DNA of 41,924 bases from Eledone cirrhosa (GCA_964016885.1 CAXHJY010001622.1:1-41924); one strand, 5' to 3'; positions 1-10,882 are shown, numbered from the stretch's first letter. Numbers and translations are program-made. The notes: generated by a model not told the origin, from the sequence alone.

Positions 1-268
1 AGCCATAACTCTATGCTGTAAAGCAATTATAGTAATACTGGACTGTAATACGATCGGCTTCAACTATACAAACTCTTGAAAGTCAACAGTTGACATAATC
101 TGGTAATCTTGTATCAGTAATGACGGTAATATATATATATATATGTGTGTGTGTGCGTGTAAGTGAGTAGAGTAGCGTGTGTGTGTGTTTGTTGTGTGTG
201 TGAGTGTTGCTGTGTGCACGCATATGTATGCGTGTGTGTGTATGTCGTACGTATAAGTGTCAATAAGT

Positions 269-300
<32 letters not shown>

Positions 301-302
<2 letters not shown>

Positions 303-659
303 GCGGGGACATAGAAATAATCGGGCTGGATGCCCGATCGCGCAGTTAAACCACTGGGAGTGAAGAACCCCTAGCCCATGTCAGGGTATTCTTCTAGGAG
401 AAGGCATCTCAGGAAACTGGGTTAACTCCGATATAAAACCTGCGGCTCAGTAGTTACCGATGATGTTGATCTTTTCTTCTTTTCGGGTTATAGCTACTGT
501 CGCTCAGAGAGTGGGATTGGTTCAGTGCACAGTCTTTCCTCACTTTAAAAAATATTCGTCACGCACAGGCATTGCACGAGTGCATTAATAATTATTAATA
601 GTGTAGTATTATTATTATTATTATTATTACTATTATTATTACTTTTTTTTTTTTTTTCT

Positions 660-694
<35 letters not shown>

Positions 695-3600
695 CAAATT
701 CAATGATGTTCCAGAACAATGTAAACGAGATAATTGCCAATTTGGGTTCTGGAACAAAAGGGATCATTGGCAATAAGGGCAGGGGCCCCAAGTTATCACA
801 ACCTGGGCCCGCCCGTCATCGTGCCATTGTAATAGAGCCAAACAGGGCATTTAGTCTTGGCTGCTGGAACGTACGGACGCTGCTTGACAGGGATTCTTTG
901 GAGCGTCCTGAACGAAGGACCGCTCTTGTTGCGAAGGAGCTTCGACGTTACGATCTTGACATCGTGGCTTTGTCTGAGACGAGGTTAGCTGGGGATGGTC
1001 ATCTTACGGAATTTTGTGGAGAATATACATTCTTCTGGAAAGGAAGAGATGAAGGAACCAGAAGAGAGGCTGGGGTAGGATTTGCTGTTAAGACTGTACT
1101 GGTGAATAAATTGGAAGAATTCCCAGTGGGGATTAGTGAGCGTCTTATGTCCATGAGAGTTCCGCTGGACAAGGGAAGATATGCTACCCTGGTGAGTGTG
1201 TATGCTCCAACTATGAATTCTGTCGATGAAGAAAAACTGTCCTTTTACCATGCCTTGAAAGGTGTTTTAAGAAATATCCCTCAGGCAGACAAAGTCATCG
1301 TGCTTGGTGACTTTAATGCTAGAGTGGGTAGGGATTTTAACACATGGAATGTAATCGGAAGGCATGGGGTGGGAAAGTGTAACAGCAATGGTATGCTCTT
1401 GCTGCAGATGTGTGAGGAGCTGGATCTGTGTGTTACCAACACCATGTTCCAACAAAAGAACAAATTCAAGACCACATGGATGCATCCTGCATCTAAGGAA
1501 TGGCATCTTTTGGACTACGTCCTAGTCAGGATGCGTGACAGACAGGATGTGCGGTGTGTTCGTGTTCTTCGTGGAGCTGAGTGCTGGACGGACCACCGCC
1601 TGGTACGCGCAAAAGTGAATCTAATCACCAAACGTAAAATCCGGGCTCCTGGTGTTACCCTGCCCAAAAGATTGAATGCTGCTCGTCTTAAGGATAAAAA
1701 TGTGAAGAGGACATTGGAAGAAGAGATGCAGGCTGCAGATCTTGGTGAGGATTGGCCGACCCTTAAAAAGTCGGTTTATGATGTAGGCAGACGTGTTCTG
1801 GGATTGGTGCAGAGAAAACATCAGGACTGGTTTAATGAGAAAGATGTGCATATAGATGACTTGTTGGCTGATAAGAGGCGCGCTCTGTCACGCTACTTGA
1901 CGGCAAGACCACAGGAGAGGAATACGTTGCATGAGGAGCTCAGGGATGTAAAATCACGTGTTAGGCGGAGTCTTTCTCAGATGAAGGATCAGTGGTGGAG
2001 TGAGAAGGCTGGTGAGATACAAACTGCGTCTGATTGCAATAACACAAAGCTGTTGTACAGTCTCTTGCGTGAGGTTTATGGACCGTCTTCTTCTCTGGTG
2101 ACACCGATTCGCAGCAGGGATGGCAAAGAACTTCTTCGTGACTCACAGGGAATTCTACGAAGGTGGCGGGAGCACTTTGATGATCTTTTGAATCAGCCGT
2201 CTGTCGTCAGTGAAGATTTCCTCAATCTCATTCCGGAAAGTCCTGTGAAAGTAGCTCTCGCAGAGCCTCCGACACTTGTGGAGGTTGCAGTGGCTATTTC
2301 GAAGCTGAACAGTGGAAGATCTCCAGGTATGGATGGCATACATGCTGAGCTCCTACAATATGGTGGTGAGAGACTCCTGCAACATCTTCACTCTCTGTTT
2401 GGAAGGATATGGGCTAATGAATCCGTGCCTGAGGACTGGAGAGATGCGGTAATGGTGGTCTTGTACAAGGGAAAGGGTAACAGGAATGATTGTGGGAACT
2501 ACAGAGGTATATCATTGCTTTCTGTCGTGGGGAAAGTTTTATGTAGGGTGCTTCTGGACCGTCTGCTGACACACATTGCAGATTGTGTCCTTCCTGAAAG
2601 TCAATCTGGTTTTCGTGTTGGACGCGGCACTACTGATATGATCTTCTCAGCTAGACAGCTCCAGGAGAAGTGCATTGAGCAGGGCTTGGATCTGTATCAG
2701 GTTTTTGTCGATCTGACAAAGGCTTTCGATACTGTCAACAGAGATGCATTATGGAAGGTTCTCCAGAAACTTGGTTGCCCTGATAAGTTCCTTGCTTTAG
2801 TTAGGTCTTTCCATGACGACATGAAGGCTTGGGTTAATGTCGGAGGTAACATGTCGGAGCCTATCTCAGTAAAAAATGGAGTGAAACAGGGGGATATTCC
2901 AGCACCGACCCTGTTTGCCATATACTTTGCAATGGTTTTCTGTATTGCATTCAGGAATTGCGAGCATGGTGTTTACATCCGATATCGAACCTCAGGCAGC
3001 ATATTTAACATCAGGCGCTTTGCTGCGAAGACAAAAGTATTTACATCAGTCATAAGAGACCTCTTGTATGCAGATGATTGCGATCTTGTAGCGCACACAG
3101 AGAGTGATATGCAGCACATTTTGAATGTATTTTCTGACGCTTGCACTGCCCTGGGTTTGACTGTCAGTCTCAAGAAAACCGTCGTCATGTACCAACCTGC
3201 ACCTGGTAGGCAGTACACTGAACCAAACATCTATGTGTATGGCAAACGACTTGGAGTGGTTGATCAGTTTGTCTACCTGGGAAGCACTGTCAATCGATAC
3301 GGCAACCTTGACAGTGAAATCTCACTTAGGATTAGGAAAGCAAGTGATGCTTTCGGAAAGCTAGAAAGGCGACTCTGGGGTCGGCGAGACATATGCAGGA
3401 GGACAAAGGTAAAGGTGTACAGGGCATGTGTACTCTCTTGTCTTCTTTATGCCTGCGAGACCTGGGTCACATATCGACGCCACCTTAAGCAATTGGAGCG
3501 TTTCCATCAGATGTGTCTCAGACGGATACATGGCGTTCGCTGGAGGGACCACATCAGTGATGTCGAGATTTTGGAAAGCTCTATGTGTGACAGTATAGAA

Positions 3601-4256
3601 GCTCTTGTGCTTAAGCAGCGACTCCGTTGGAGTGGTCACCTTGCCAGGATGAAGGATTCTAGAATACCAAAACAACTCTTCTATGGAGAGTTGGTTAAAG
3701 GAAAACGACCGCCACATAAACCAAAAAAGAGGTATAAGGATTCCTTGAAGGCCTCTCTGAGAGACGCTAACATCTCTGCTGATACATGGGAAAATGTTGC
3801 TGCTGATCGTAATAAATGGAGAAAGACTGTATATGAGGGAAAAGTTGCCTTTGAGGCATCTCGAATCGCACACGAGAAAGTAAAGCGGGACGTGAGGAAG
3901 GGTATTGCTGTTGCACTTCCAGACGGCGAGGGTCCTCCTATGTTTCTGACATGCAGCGTCTGTGCGAGACTCTGCCTAAGCAAAGCTGGACTCGAAAGTC
4001 ATCTTCGCAGTCATAAAGTAAGACCAGTGGTTGACTACCAGGCTGCTGTTGGAGATGCTACTCATCATGCTTGCCAAACATGTGGTAGAGAATGTAAATC
4101 AGCAGGAGGACTCAAGCGACATGCAAAAGTGCACGAACTCCAACCACAGCCGACTATTCCCAGTAAATGTTTTGGTTGCCGACTCTGTGCAAGACATTTT
4201 GGATCATTGGCTGGGCTAAAAAGCCACATTCGATCGCAGCACTGTTAGTTGCTATC

Positions 4257-4294
<38 letters not shown>

Positions 4295-4370
4295 GCTTAT
4301 GTGCGTGCGTGTGTGTGTATATATATATGAATATGTATATTATTGTTGTTGTCGTTATTATTATTATTGC

Positions 4371-4440
<70 letters not shown>

Positions 4441-4488
4441 TTTTTTATTTTTTATTGTGCAATGGCCATACTCGATAACGAGGGGGCA

Positions 4489-4496
<8 letters not shown>
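301..4496 (+). mobile_element. Apparently full-length RTE LINE (structured 5' UTR, single ORF, 3' UTR with simple repeats, terminal stem-loop, (AT)n tail)
   Basis: 5' UTR segment ~470-575 and terminus TGGCCATACTCGATAACGAGGGGGCAGCCATCAT (~4463-4496) both have homologues elsewhere in the window (10440-10530, 15666-15943). 5' boundary is approximate; no TSD seen. Confidence 0.8.
703..4248 (+). CDS. RTE-clade (BovB-like) non-LTR retrotransposon ORF: APE endonuclease, reverse transcriptase, three C-terminal C2H2 zinc fingers
   Basis: Uninterrupted 1181-aa ORF. APE motifs CWNVRTL, LSETR, YAPT, GDFNARVG, LDYVL, TDHRLV. RT motifs YRGISLLS, QSGFR, FVDLTKAFDTV, GVKQG, LLYADD, YLGS. RTE-type RLRWSGHLARM..RIPKQLFYGEL..GKR. 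Three CxxC-x12-H-x3/4-H fingers. True start codon uncertain. Confidence 0.96.
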   Translation: MMFQNNVNEIIANLGSGTKGIIGNKGRGPKLSQPGPARHRAIVIEPNRAFSLGCWNVRTLLDRDSLERPERRTALVAKELRRYDLDIVALSETRLAGDGHLTEFCGEYTFFWKGRDEGTRREAGVGFAVKTVLVNKLEEFPVGISERLMSMRVPLDKGRYATLVSVYAPTMNSVDEEKLSFYHALKGVLRNIPQADKVIVLGDFNARVGRDFNTWNVIGRHGVGKCNSNGMLLLQMCEELDLCVTNTMFQQKNKFKTTWMHPASKEWHLLDYVLVRMRDRQDVRCVRVLRGAECWTDHRLVRAKVNLITKRKIRAPGVTLPKRLNAARLKDKNVKRTLEEEMQAADLGEDWPTLKKSVYDVGRRVLGLVQRKHQDWFNEKDVHIDDLLADKRRALSRYLTARPQERNTLHEELRDVKSRVRRSLSQMKDQWWSEKAGEIQTASDCNNTKLLYSLLREVYGPSSSLVTPIRSRDGKELLRDSQGILRRWREHFDDLLNQPSVVSEDFLNLIPESPVKVALAEPPTLVEVAVAISKLNSGRSPGMDGIHAELLQYGGERLLQHLHSLFGRIWANESVPEDWRDAVMVVLYKGKGNRNDCGNYRGISLLSVVGKVLCRVLLDRLLTHIADCVLPESQSGFRVGRGTTDMIFSARQLQEKCIEQGLDLYQVFVDLTKAFDTVNRDALWKVLQKLGCPDKFLALVRSFHDDMKAWVNVGGNMSEPISVKNGVKQGDIPAPTLFAIYFAMVFCIAFRNCEHGVYIRYRTSGSIFNIRRFAAKTKVFTSVIRDLLYADDCDLVAHTESDMQHILNVFSDACTALGLTVSLKKTVVMYQPAPGRQYTEPNIYVYGKRLGVVDQFVYLGSTVNRYGNLDSEISLRIRKASDAFGKLERRLWGRRDICRRTKVKVYRACVLSCLLYACETWVTYRRHLKQLERFHQMCLRRIHGVRWRDHISDVEILESSMCDSIEALVLKQRLRWSGHLARMKDSRIPKQLFYGELVKGKRPPHKPKKRYKDSLKASLRDANISADTWENVAADRNKWRKTVYEGKVAFEASRIAHEKVKRDVRKGIAVALPDGEGPPMFLTCSVCARLCLSKAGLESHLRSHKVRPVVDYQAAVGDATHHACQTCGRECKSAGGLKRHAKVHELQPQPTIPSKCFGCRLCARHFGSLAGLKSHIRSQHC

Positions 4497-4575
<79 letters not shown>

Positions 4576-4596
4576 AGTTAATATAAATTAATATAT

Positions 4597-4750
4597 GATA
4601 AACACCAATATGAACATATAAGCGTTTGCATTGTAAACGACCAAGTTAGCTAGATTGAAAAATACTAATTAGATTAATACAGTTTGCCTGTCTCGATTTA
4701 AAATAATAAATCAATAAAAACAAACCCATATTGGCAATAGCCGTGATACC
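4597..4750. repeat. Unclassified dispersed repeat; diverged inverted copy at ~40365-40503
   Basis: Shared blocks GTTTGCATTG, TGTCTCGAT, CAATAAA, ATATTGGCAA in the same order on opposite strands. Confidence 0.6.
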
Positions 4751-4760
4751 TGTTATATAT

Positions 4761-4984
4761 ATCTATCTATCTAAGGCGGGTAAAATTCCCGAGATCCATG
4801 GACGAGTTCTCTCCAGCGGTCTCTGTCCCTCATTATCGCTGCCATATCCTGCATCTCCAACAGACCAGTGTCTGTCCTTATGGCATCAACATATGTTAAC
4901 CTTGGTCTTCCTCTTCTAGTGTGTCCATGTAGGGGCTCCCAAAGGAGAACTGAGTGCAATGTCAACTCTGGATGTCGGTGAGCA
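4761..4984 (-). mobile_element. 5'-truncated 3' end of a second RTE-group LINE family
   Basis: Translates HRHPELTLHSVLLWEPLHGHTRRGRPRLTYVDAIRTDTG...MRDRDRWR, then stop and (ATAG)/(AT) tail; near-identical copy at 32653-32820. Confidence 0.85.
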
Positions 4985-5108
4985 TTTAAGATAAATATAT
5001 ATATGTAAAAGATATATCTATATCTTATATATGTAAACTAAACTTCCTCGTTATATATATAAATATACAATATTAAATAAATGGAAACTATATTTATAAA
5101 ACCATATC

Positions 5109-5174
5109 TATTTCATTATATATATTTCGGGGATATCATATTAACAATATGCTATGCCTTCCTCAGACAAAATA
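5109..5174 (-). ncRNA. Type I minimal hammerhead ribozyme
   Basis: UAUUUUGU CUGAGGA [stem II] GAAA UAUAUA UA / AUGAAAUA; stem I pairs. Confidence 0.75.
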
Positions 5175-5430
5175 CAAGGAAGGCATAGCATATTGTTAAT
5201 ATGATATCCCCGAAATATATATAATGAAATAGATATGGTTTTATAAATATAGTTTCCATTTATTTAATATTGTAAATATACTCCAAATATTTGTCGAGTG
5301 CTTTTATATCAGTTATAAATATTTACTAGTTGTAACCCAACAATTTTAAATATAACTTTCCATGTATATATAAATATATATATATACAATGATATTAAAT
5401 AAATGGAAACTACATTTATAAAACCATATT

Positions 5431-5492
5431 TATTCTATGATATATATTTCAAGGGTACCAAAAACTTTGGTACGCTTTCATTAGACAAAATA
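5431..5492 (-). ncRNA. Hammerhead ribozyme with mutated core (CUAAUGA)
   Basis: Inverted copy of 5619-5680 with a G5>A change. Confidence 0.6.
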
Positions 5493-5618
5493 CAAAGTGT
5501 GTTTCATAAATTTTGACATAGCCAAGGAAACATACCTTATCAGTTGAATTTTTCTTGGATAATTTAACTGATAAGGTATGTTTCCTTGGCTATGTCAACA
5601 TTTATACAACACACTTTG

Positions 5619-5680
5619 TATTTTGTCTGATGAAAGCGTACTAAAGTTTTTGGTACCCTTGAAATATATATAATAGAATA
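5619..5680 (+). ncRNA. Type I minimal hammerhead ribozyme
   Basis: UAUUUUGU CUGAUGA AAGCGUACUAAAGUUUUUGGUACCCUU GAAA UAUAUA UA / AUAGAAUA; 8-bp stem I, long stem II, palindromic stem III. Confidence 0.8.
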
Positions 5681-5792
5681 AATATGGTTTTATAAATATA
5701 GTTTCCATTTATTTAATATCATTGAATATTTACTCCAGAAATCTGTCGAGTGCTCTGAATCAGTTATAAACATTTATATATGTTGAATTTCC

Positions 5793-5870
<78 letters not shown>

Positions 5871-6380
5871 TAAGGTTCCCTTAATTCTTAAATTGCCAAC
5901 ATTTCGATCACTGGCTTTCATAGAAACGGTAATATGTTGGTTGATGTTTCTTCATTTGTCAATGTATCTATATATATTTTATCTAAAAGCATTTCATCAT
6001 AATTTTATACAAGAACCTTTGTTATGTTATGTTCCAAACACTAGTTTCATGATGACAAAGTTAGTTATATTACTAAACTACACCAAATTCTTACTTATTT
6101 TTGAAATTATTTGAAAACCACAGGCAGTGTCTTTTATTAGAAATTTGGTAATAAAAGGGATAAGTTATATTTTTGATCATTTCTGCGGGATCAACGTTGA
6201 CTTGGGGCTAAACAACCACAACAAGTAACTACACATTAGATAATATAGTCCTAGATACACTTATGCCTGAATAAAAGACAGGATGATCACAGTTCTGATC
6301 AGTTCTGCTTGAAGTGGATTTCGTTTTAAAAATTATTTTGCTGCTTCTTCGTTTAGCCAATAGAAAGGTTTCTCAAGAAT

Positions 6381-8255
6381 TGTTGTTGTTGGTGTTGGTG
6401 GTGGCGGTGGCGGTGGTTGTGGTGGTGGCGGTGGTGTTGTTGTTGTTGTTGTTGGTGTTGGCGGCGGCGGTGGTTGTGGTGGTGGCGGTGGTGTTGTTGT
6501 TGCTATTGATGTTGGTATTGTTGTTGTTGTTGGTGTTGGCGGCGGCGGTGGTTGTAGTGGTGGCGGTGGTGTTGTTGTTGTTGGTGTTGGCGGCGGCGGT
6601 GGTTGTGGTGGTGGCGGTGGTGTTGTTGTTGCTATTGATGTTGGTATTGTTGTTGTTGTTGTTGGTGGTGGTGGCGGCGGCGGTGGTTGTGGTGGTGGCG
6701 GTGGTGTTGTTGTTGCTATTGATGTTGGTATTGTTGTTGTTGTTGTTGTTGTTGGTGTTGGTGGTGGTGGTGTTGCTGTTGGTGTTGTTGTTGTTGTTGT
6801 TGTTGGTGTTGTTGGTGTTGGTGTTGGTGGTGGTGGTGTTGTTGTTGGTGGTGTTGTTGCTGTTGGTGTTGGTGTTGGTGTTGGTGTTGTTGTTGGTGTT
6901 GTTGCTGTTGGTGTTGGTGTTGGTGGTGGTGGTGTTGCTGTTGGTGGTGGTGTTGTTGCTGTTGGTGTTGGTGTTGGTGGTGTTGTTGCTGTTGGTGTTG
7001 GTGTTGGTGTTGGTGGTGTTGGTGCTGTTGGTGTTGGTGGCGGTGTTGCTGTTGGTGTTGGTGGTGTTGGTGGTGTTGGTGGTGGTGTTGGTGTTGGTGG
7101 TGGTGTTGGTGTTGGTGTTGGTGGTGTTGGTGTTGGTGTTGGTGGTGTTGGTGGTGTTGGTGTTGGTGTTGGTGTTGCTGTTGGTGTTGGTGGCGGTGTT
7201 GGTGTTTGTGGTGTTGGTGGTGGTGTTGGTGGTGTTGGTGTTGGTGTTGGTGGTGTTGCTGTTGGTGTTGGTGGTGTTGGTGGTGTTGGTGGTGGTGTTG
7301 GTGGTGGTGTTGCTGTTGGTGTTGGTGTTGGTGGTGTTGGTGTTGTTGCTGTTGGTGTTGGTGGCGGTGTTGGTGTTTGTGGTGTTGGTGGTGGTGTTGG
7401 TGGTGTTGGTGTTGGTGTTGGTGGTGTTGCTGTTGGTGTTGGTGTTGGTGGTGTTGGTGGTGTTGGTGGTGTTGCTGTTGGTGTTGGTGTTGTTGCTGTT
7501 GGTGTTGGTGGCGGTGTTGCTGTTGGTGTTGGTGGTGTTGGTGGTGTTGGCGGTGGTGTTGGTGGTGGTGGTGTTGCTGTTGGTGTTGGTGGTGTTGGTA
7601 GTGTTGGTGGTGTTGGTGTTGCTGTTGGTGTTGCTGTTGGTGTTGGTGGTGGTGTTGCTGTTGGTGTTGTTACTGCTGTGTTAGTGTTGGTGGTGGTGTT
7701 GTTGCTGTTGGTGTTGCTGTTGGTGGTGGTGGTGGTGTTGCTGTTGGTGTTGTTACTGCTGGTGTTGGTGTTGGTGGCGGTGTTGATGGTGGTGTTGCTG
7801 TTGGTGTTGGTGGTGGTGTTGCTGTTGGTGTTGGTGGTGTTGGTGGTGTTGGTGTTGGTGTTGGTGTTGGTGGTGTTGGTGGTGTTGGTGGTGGTGTTGG
7901 TGTTGGTGGTGTTGGTGGTGTTGGTGGTGGTGTTGGTGTTGGTGTTGCTGTTGGTGTTGGTGTTGTTGTTGCTGTTGTTGGTGTTGTTGTTGTTGTTGCT
8001 GTTGGTGTTGTTGGTGTTGTTGTTGGTGTTGTTGTTGCTGTTGGTGTTGTTGTTGATATTTATGTTGTTGTTGGTGGTGGTGTTGGTTTGTTGTTGATAT
8101 TGTTGTTCTTGGTATTGTTGTTGCTGCTGTTGCAGCAGTTGATGGTGTTGATGATGATGACGACTACTACGACGATGACGACAACGACAACGACGACGGT
8201 GGCGATGACGATGGCGACAATGATGACGATGACGACGATGATCATGATGATGACG
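6381..8255. repeat. Compound trinucleotide repeat (GTT/GGT/GCT/GGC, ending in GAT/GAC)
   Basis: Directly visible; source of the poly-L/V and poly-W/C ORFs. Confidence 0.95.
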
Positions 8256-8566
8256 TTATACAGCGAAATAGATATCGATCCAGATATCGTGAAAGCTAGT
8301 GATGTGAGTGGAATAGTCACGCCATTTTCGATAGTTCGATGATTTGCTAATATTGTTTGTGTGTCTATCAGTATCAGCCATCAACAAACAGACATTCCAC
8401 GGACGCAGAAATATTTTCTCTAATCTCTTCTCAGAAATATAAAGCTGGGTTGGTGTGTAAAATGTTTCCTATGAGTGTTTGTGTACGTGTATGTGTATGT
8501 ATGTGTGTGTGTATGTGTATGTGTGTGTGTATGTGTGTGTATCAATATATATATATATATATATAA

Positions 8567-8655
<89 letters not shown>

Positions 8656-8669
8656 TGCATATGTATACA

Positions 8670-8718
<49 letters not shown>

Positions 8719-8806
8719 ATAAATGTTTCCTATGAGTGTTTGTGTACGTGTATGTGTATGTATGTGTGTGTGTATGTGTATGTATAAATATATATATATA
8801 TATATG

Positions 8807-8846
<40 letters not shown>

Positions 8847-9061
8847 CATATATGTATATGTATATATATATGTATATGTGTATATATATACATATATATA
8901 TATAAAAATTGGAATAAATGCTCTGAAATAGCGATATATATGTGAATATTACATATATTACGATATATACATAGAATATTCGAAAATATTCTGTATGTTT
9001 ATAATAAACATTTTGAAGACCTAATCGCTATAGAATAGAATACGTCACGTATTACAATTAG

Positions 9062-9150
9062 ATTCTCGATAAAAGCAAGGGAAGTAATCTACGCGTTTCA
9101 TTCTTGTTAGAAATCATCAGGACTACATATCCAGTGCTTTTATCGAGAAT
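9062..9150 (-). ncRNA. Type I hammerhead ribozyme with extended stem I (copy 1)
   Basis: GUAGUC CUGAUGA UUUCUAACAAGAAU GAAA CGCG UA / GAUUAC; distal 16-bp helix ATTCTCGATAAAAGCA/TGCTTTTATCGAGAAT. Confidence 0.88.
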
Positions 9151-9371
9151 GACACAGCTAGAGACTTATAGAATACTTAGCTGTGTACAGGAACTGGTTT
9201 GAAAGAGCGGTTGCCGGTCCGGCAGAAATTAGAAATTGGAATAAATGCTCTGAAATAGCGATATATATGTGAATATAGACATAGAATATTCGAAAATATT
9301 CTGTATGTTTATAATAAACATTTTGAAGACCTAATCGCTATAGAATAGAATACGTCACGTATTACAATTAG

Positions 9372-9460
9372 ATTCTCGATAAAAGCAAGGGAAGTAATCT
9401 ACGCGTTTCATTCTTGTTAGAAATCATCAGGACTACATATCCAGTGCTTTTATCGAGAAT
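9372..9460 (-). ncRNA. Type I hammerhead ribozyme with extended stem I (copy 2)
   Basis: Same sequence as 9062-9150, 310 bp downstream. Confidence 0.88.
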
Positions 9461-9577
9461 GACACAGCTAGAGACTTATAGAATACTTAGCTGTGTACAG
9501 GAACTGGTTTGAAAGAGCGGTTGCCGGTCCGGCAGAAATTATATATATATACATATACATAGAAATATACATATACA

Positions 9578-9665
<88 letters not shown>

Positions 9666-9705
9666 TGTATATGTATATATATATGTATATGTATATGTAT
9701 GTATG

Positions 9706-9756
<51 letters not shown>

Positions 9757-9758
<2 letters not shown>

Positions 9759-9955
9759 CGAAGGAAATGTGGTAGGGAACCAGGTGGACCATAACGCACC
9801 AAAGTACTCAATACTTAGAGTAGTAGAGTGGGTAATAGGAACGAGTAGGATCCCGACGGCTGAGCTCAAGCCGTATCGACGGCTAATTCTGGACTGAGTC
9901 CAGAATTAGCCGTCGAAACGGCTTGAGCTCAGCCGTCGGGGTCCTACTCGTTCCT
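9757..9955 (-). mobile_element. PLE terminal fragment (family X) with inverted short arm, in (TA)n
   Basis: Matches the termini of the PLE at 35865-38802; palindrome centre ~9896. Confidence 0.9.
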
Positions 9956-10439
9956 ATATATATATATATATATGTATTTATATATATATATATATGTGTG
10001 TGTGTGTTTGTTTGTGTGTGTGTATGTGCGTATGTGTGCTTGTGTGTTTGTGTGTGTATGTGTGTATATGTGTGCATATGTATGTGTTTGTGTGCGTGTG
10101 TGTGTACGTGTTTGTGTGTGAATATGTTTGTGTGTGTATGTGAGTGTGTGTGTTTGTGGTTGTATGGTTGCGCGCGTGTGTTTACGTGTGTGTGTCTGTT
10201 GGTGAGTGTGAATGTGCATGTGTATGTGTTTGTGTATATTTCTGTATGTATGTGTGTGTGTATAAATGTATATGTGTGTGGTGCGGTTATGTTTACACCG
10301 GTGTTGTCCCTAACAGTACCAGACAGAAATAATATATTAAAAATCGTTGCCGGTGTCACCCGAACGTAACCGGAAGTTAATAATTAAAATGGCTTCACAA
10401 GCATGAGTTCATAGGTTTGCATCCAATGATTTAGACCAG

Positions 10440-10535
10440 TTCTTCTTTTTGGGTAAGTTGATTTGATGTTCAGAGAATGGGATTGGCTCAGTCCAAAACC
10501 TTTCCTCACTTAAAAGCTTCAAGCTCAGACATCAC
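10440..10535 (+). mobile_element. Decayed RTE 5'-UTR-derived fragment
   Basis: TTCTTCTTTTTGGGT...CAGAGAATGGGATTGGCTCAGT...CTTTCCTCACTTAAAA aligns to ~474-550. Confidence 0.65.
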
Positions 10536-10541
10536 TTGATA

Positions 10542-10715
10542 TATCGGTAAAGGGTCGGACACCATGCTTTCCAGCATAGTTACGTCCCTTTACGATCTGA
10601 GTTCAAATCCCGCCGAGGTTAACTTTGCCTTCCACCCGTATGGCGTCGATAAAATAAAGTACCAGTAATGTACTGGGTAATTGCTGGCCTTGTGCCAAAA
10701 GTAGAAACAATTATT
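10542..10715 (+). mobile_element. tRNA-derived SINE, slightly 5'-truncated
   Basis: B box GTTCAAATCC, core resembling GCCTTTCATCC..GGTCGATAAAATAAAGTACC, tail GGCCTTGTGCCAAAAGTAGAAACAATTATT. Confidence 0.88.
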
Positions 10716-10717
10716 TA

Positions 10718-10882
10718 AAAGGTAAACAGAAATAACAACACAATCGGTAAAGTATATGGAAGGAATATATTAGTTTAACGCTTGAAATAGCAGGAAGAGG
10801 GTCTTAACGTTTCGGACGCTAGTCTTTCTAGTCTTTCATCAAAATAAAGAATGAAAAATTCGATAGATTAGAAGGGACGGGC
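10718..10882 (-). mobile_element. Dispersed PLE-terminal-like repeat with degenerate HHR; related copies ~29477-29545, ~31843-31990, ~35617-35775
   Basis: Shared AAAAGGTAAAC(A/G)GAAATAACAACACAATCGGTA...; minus strand reads TTGATGAA...CGAAACGTTA. Confidence 0.7.

Larger units (their letters stand above)
5068..5797. mobile_element. Two adjacent fold-back (inverted-arm) HHR-bearing PLE-type terminal fragments
   Basis: Inverted arms centred near 5178 and near 5552; the arms carry HHR motifs and the + arms extend into related tails. Confidence 0.8.
8906..9540 (-). mobile_element. Tandem dimer (327 bp + ~310 bp) of an HHR-containing non-coding unit, retrozyme/pLTR-like, flanked by (TA)n
   Basis: Units start at 8906 and 9233 and are near-identical apart from a 17-bp indel; one HHR per unit. 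Confidence 0.88.

Noticed and set aside
301-575. HDV-like ribozyme in the RTE 5' UTR
   Set aside because: Hairpins are present but I could not build the nested double pseudoknot by eye
985-3983. Antisense ORFs within the LINE
   Set aside because: Shadow frames of the RTE ORF with no motifs
6314-8342. Long poly-Leu/Val and Trp/Cys ORFs (and a Thr/Asn-rich minus frame)
   Set aside because: Pure trinucleotide-repeat translations with no domain or splice context
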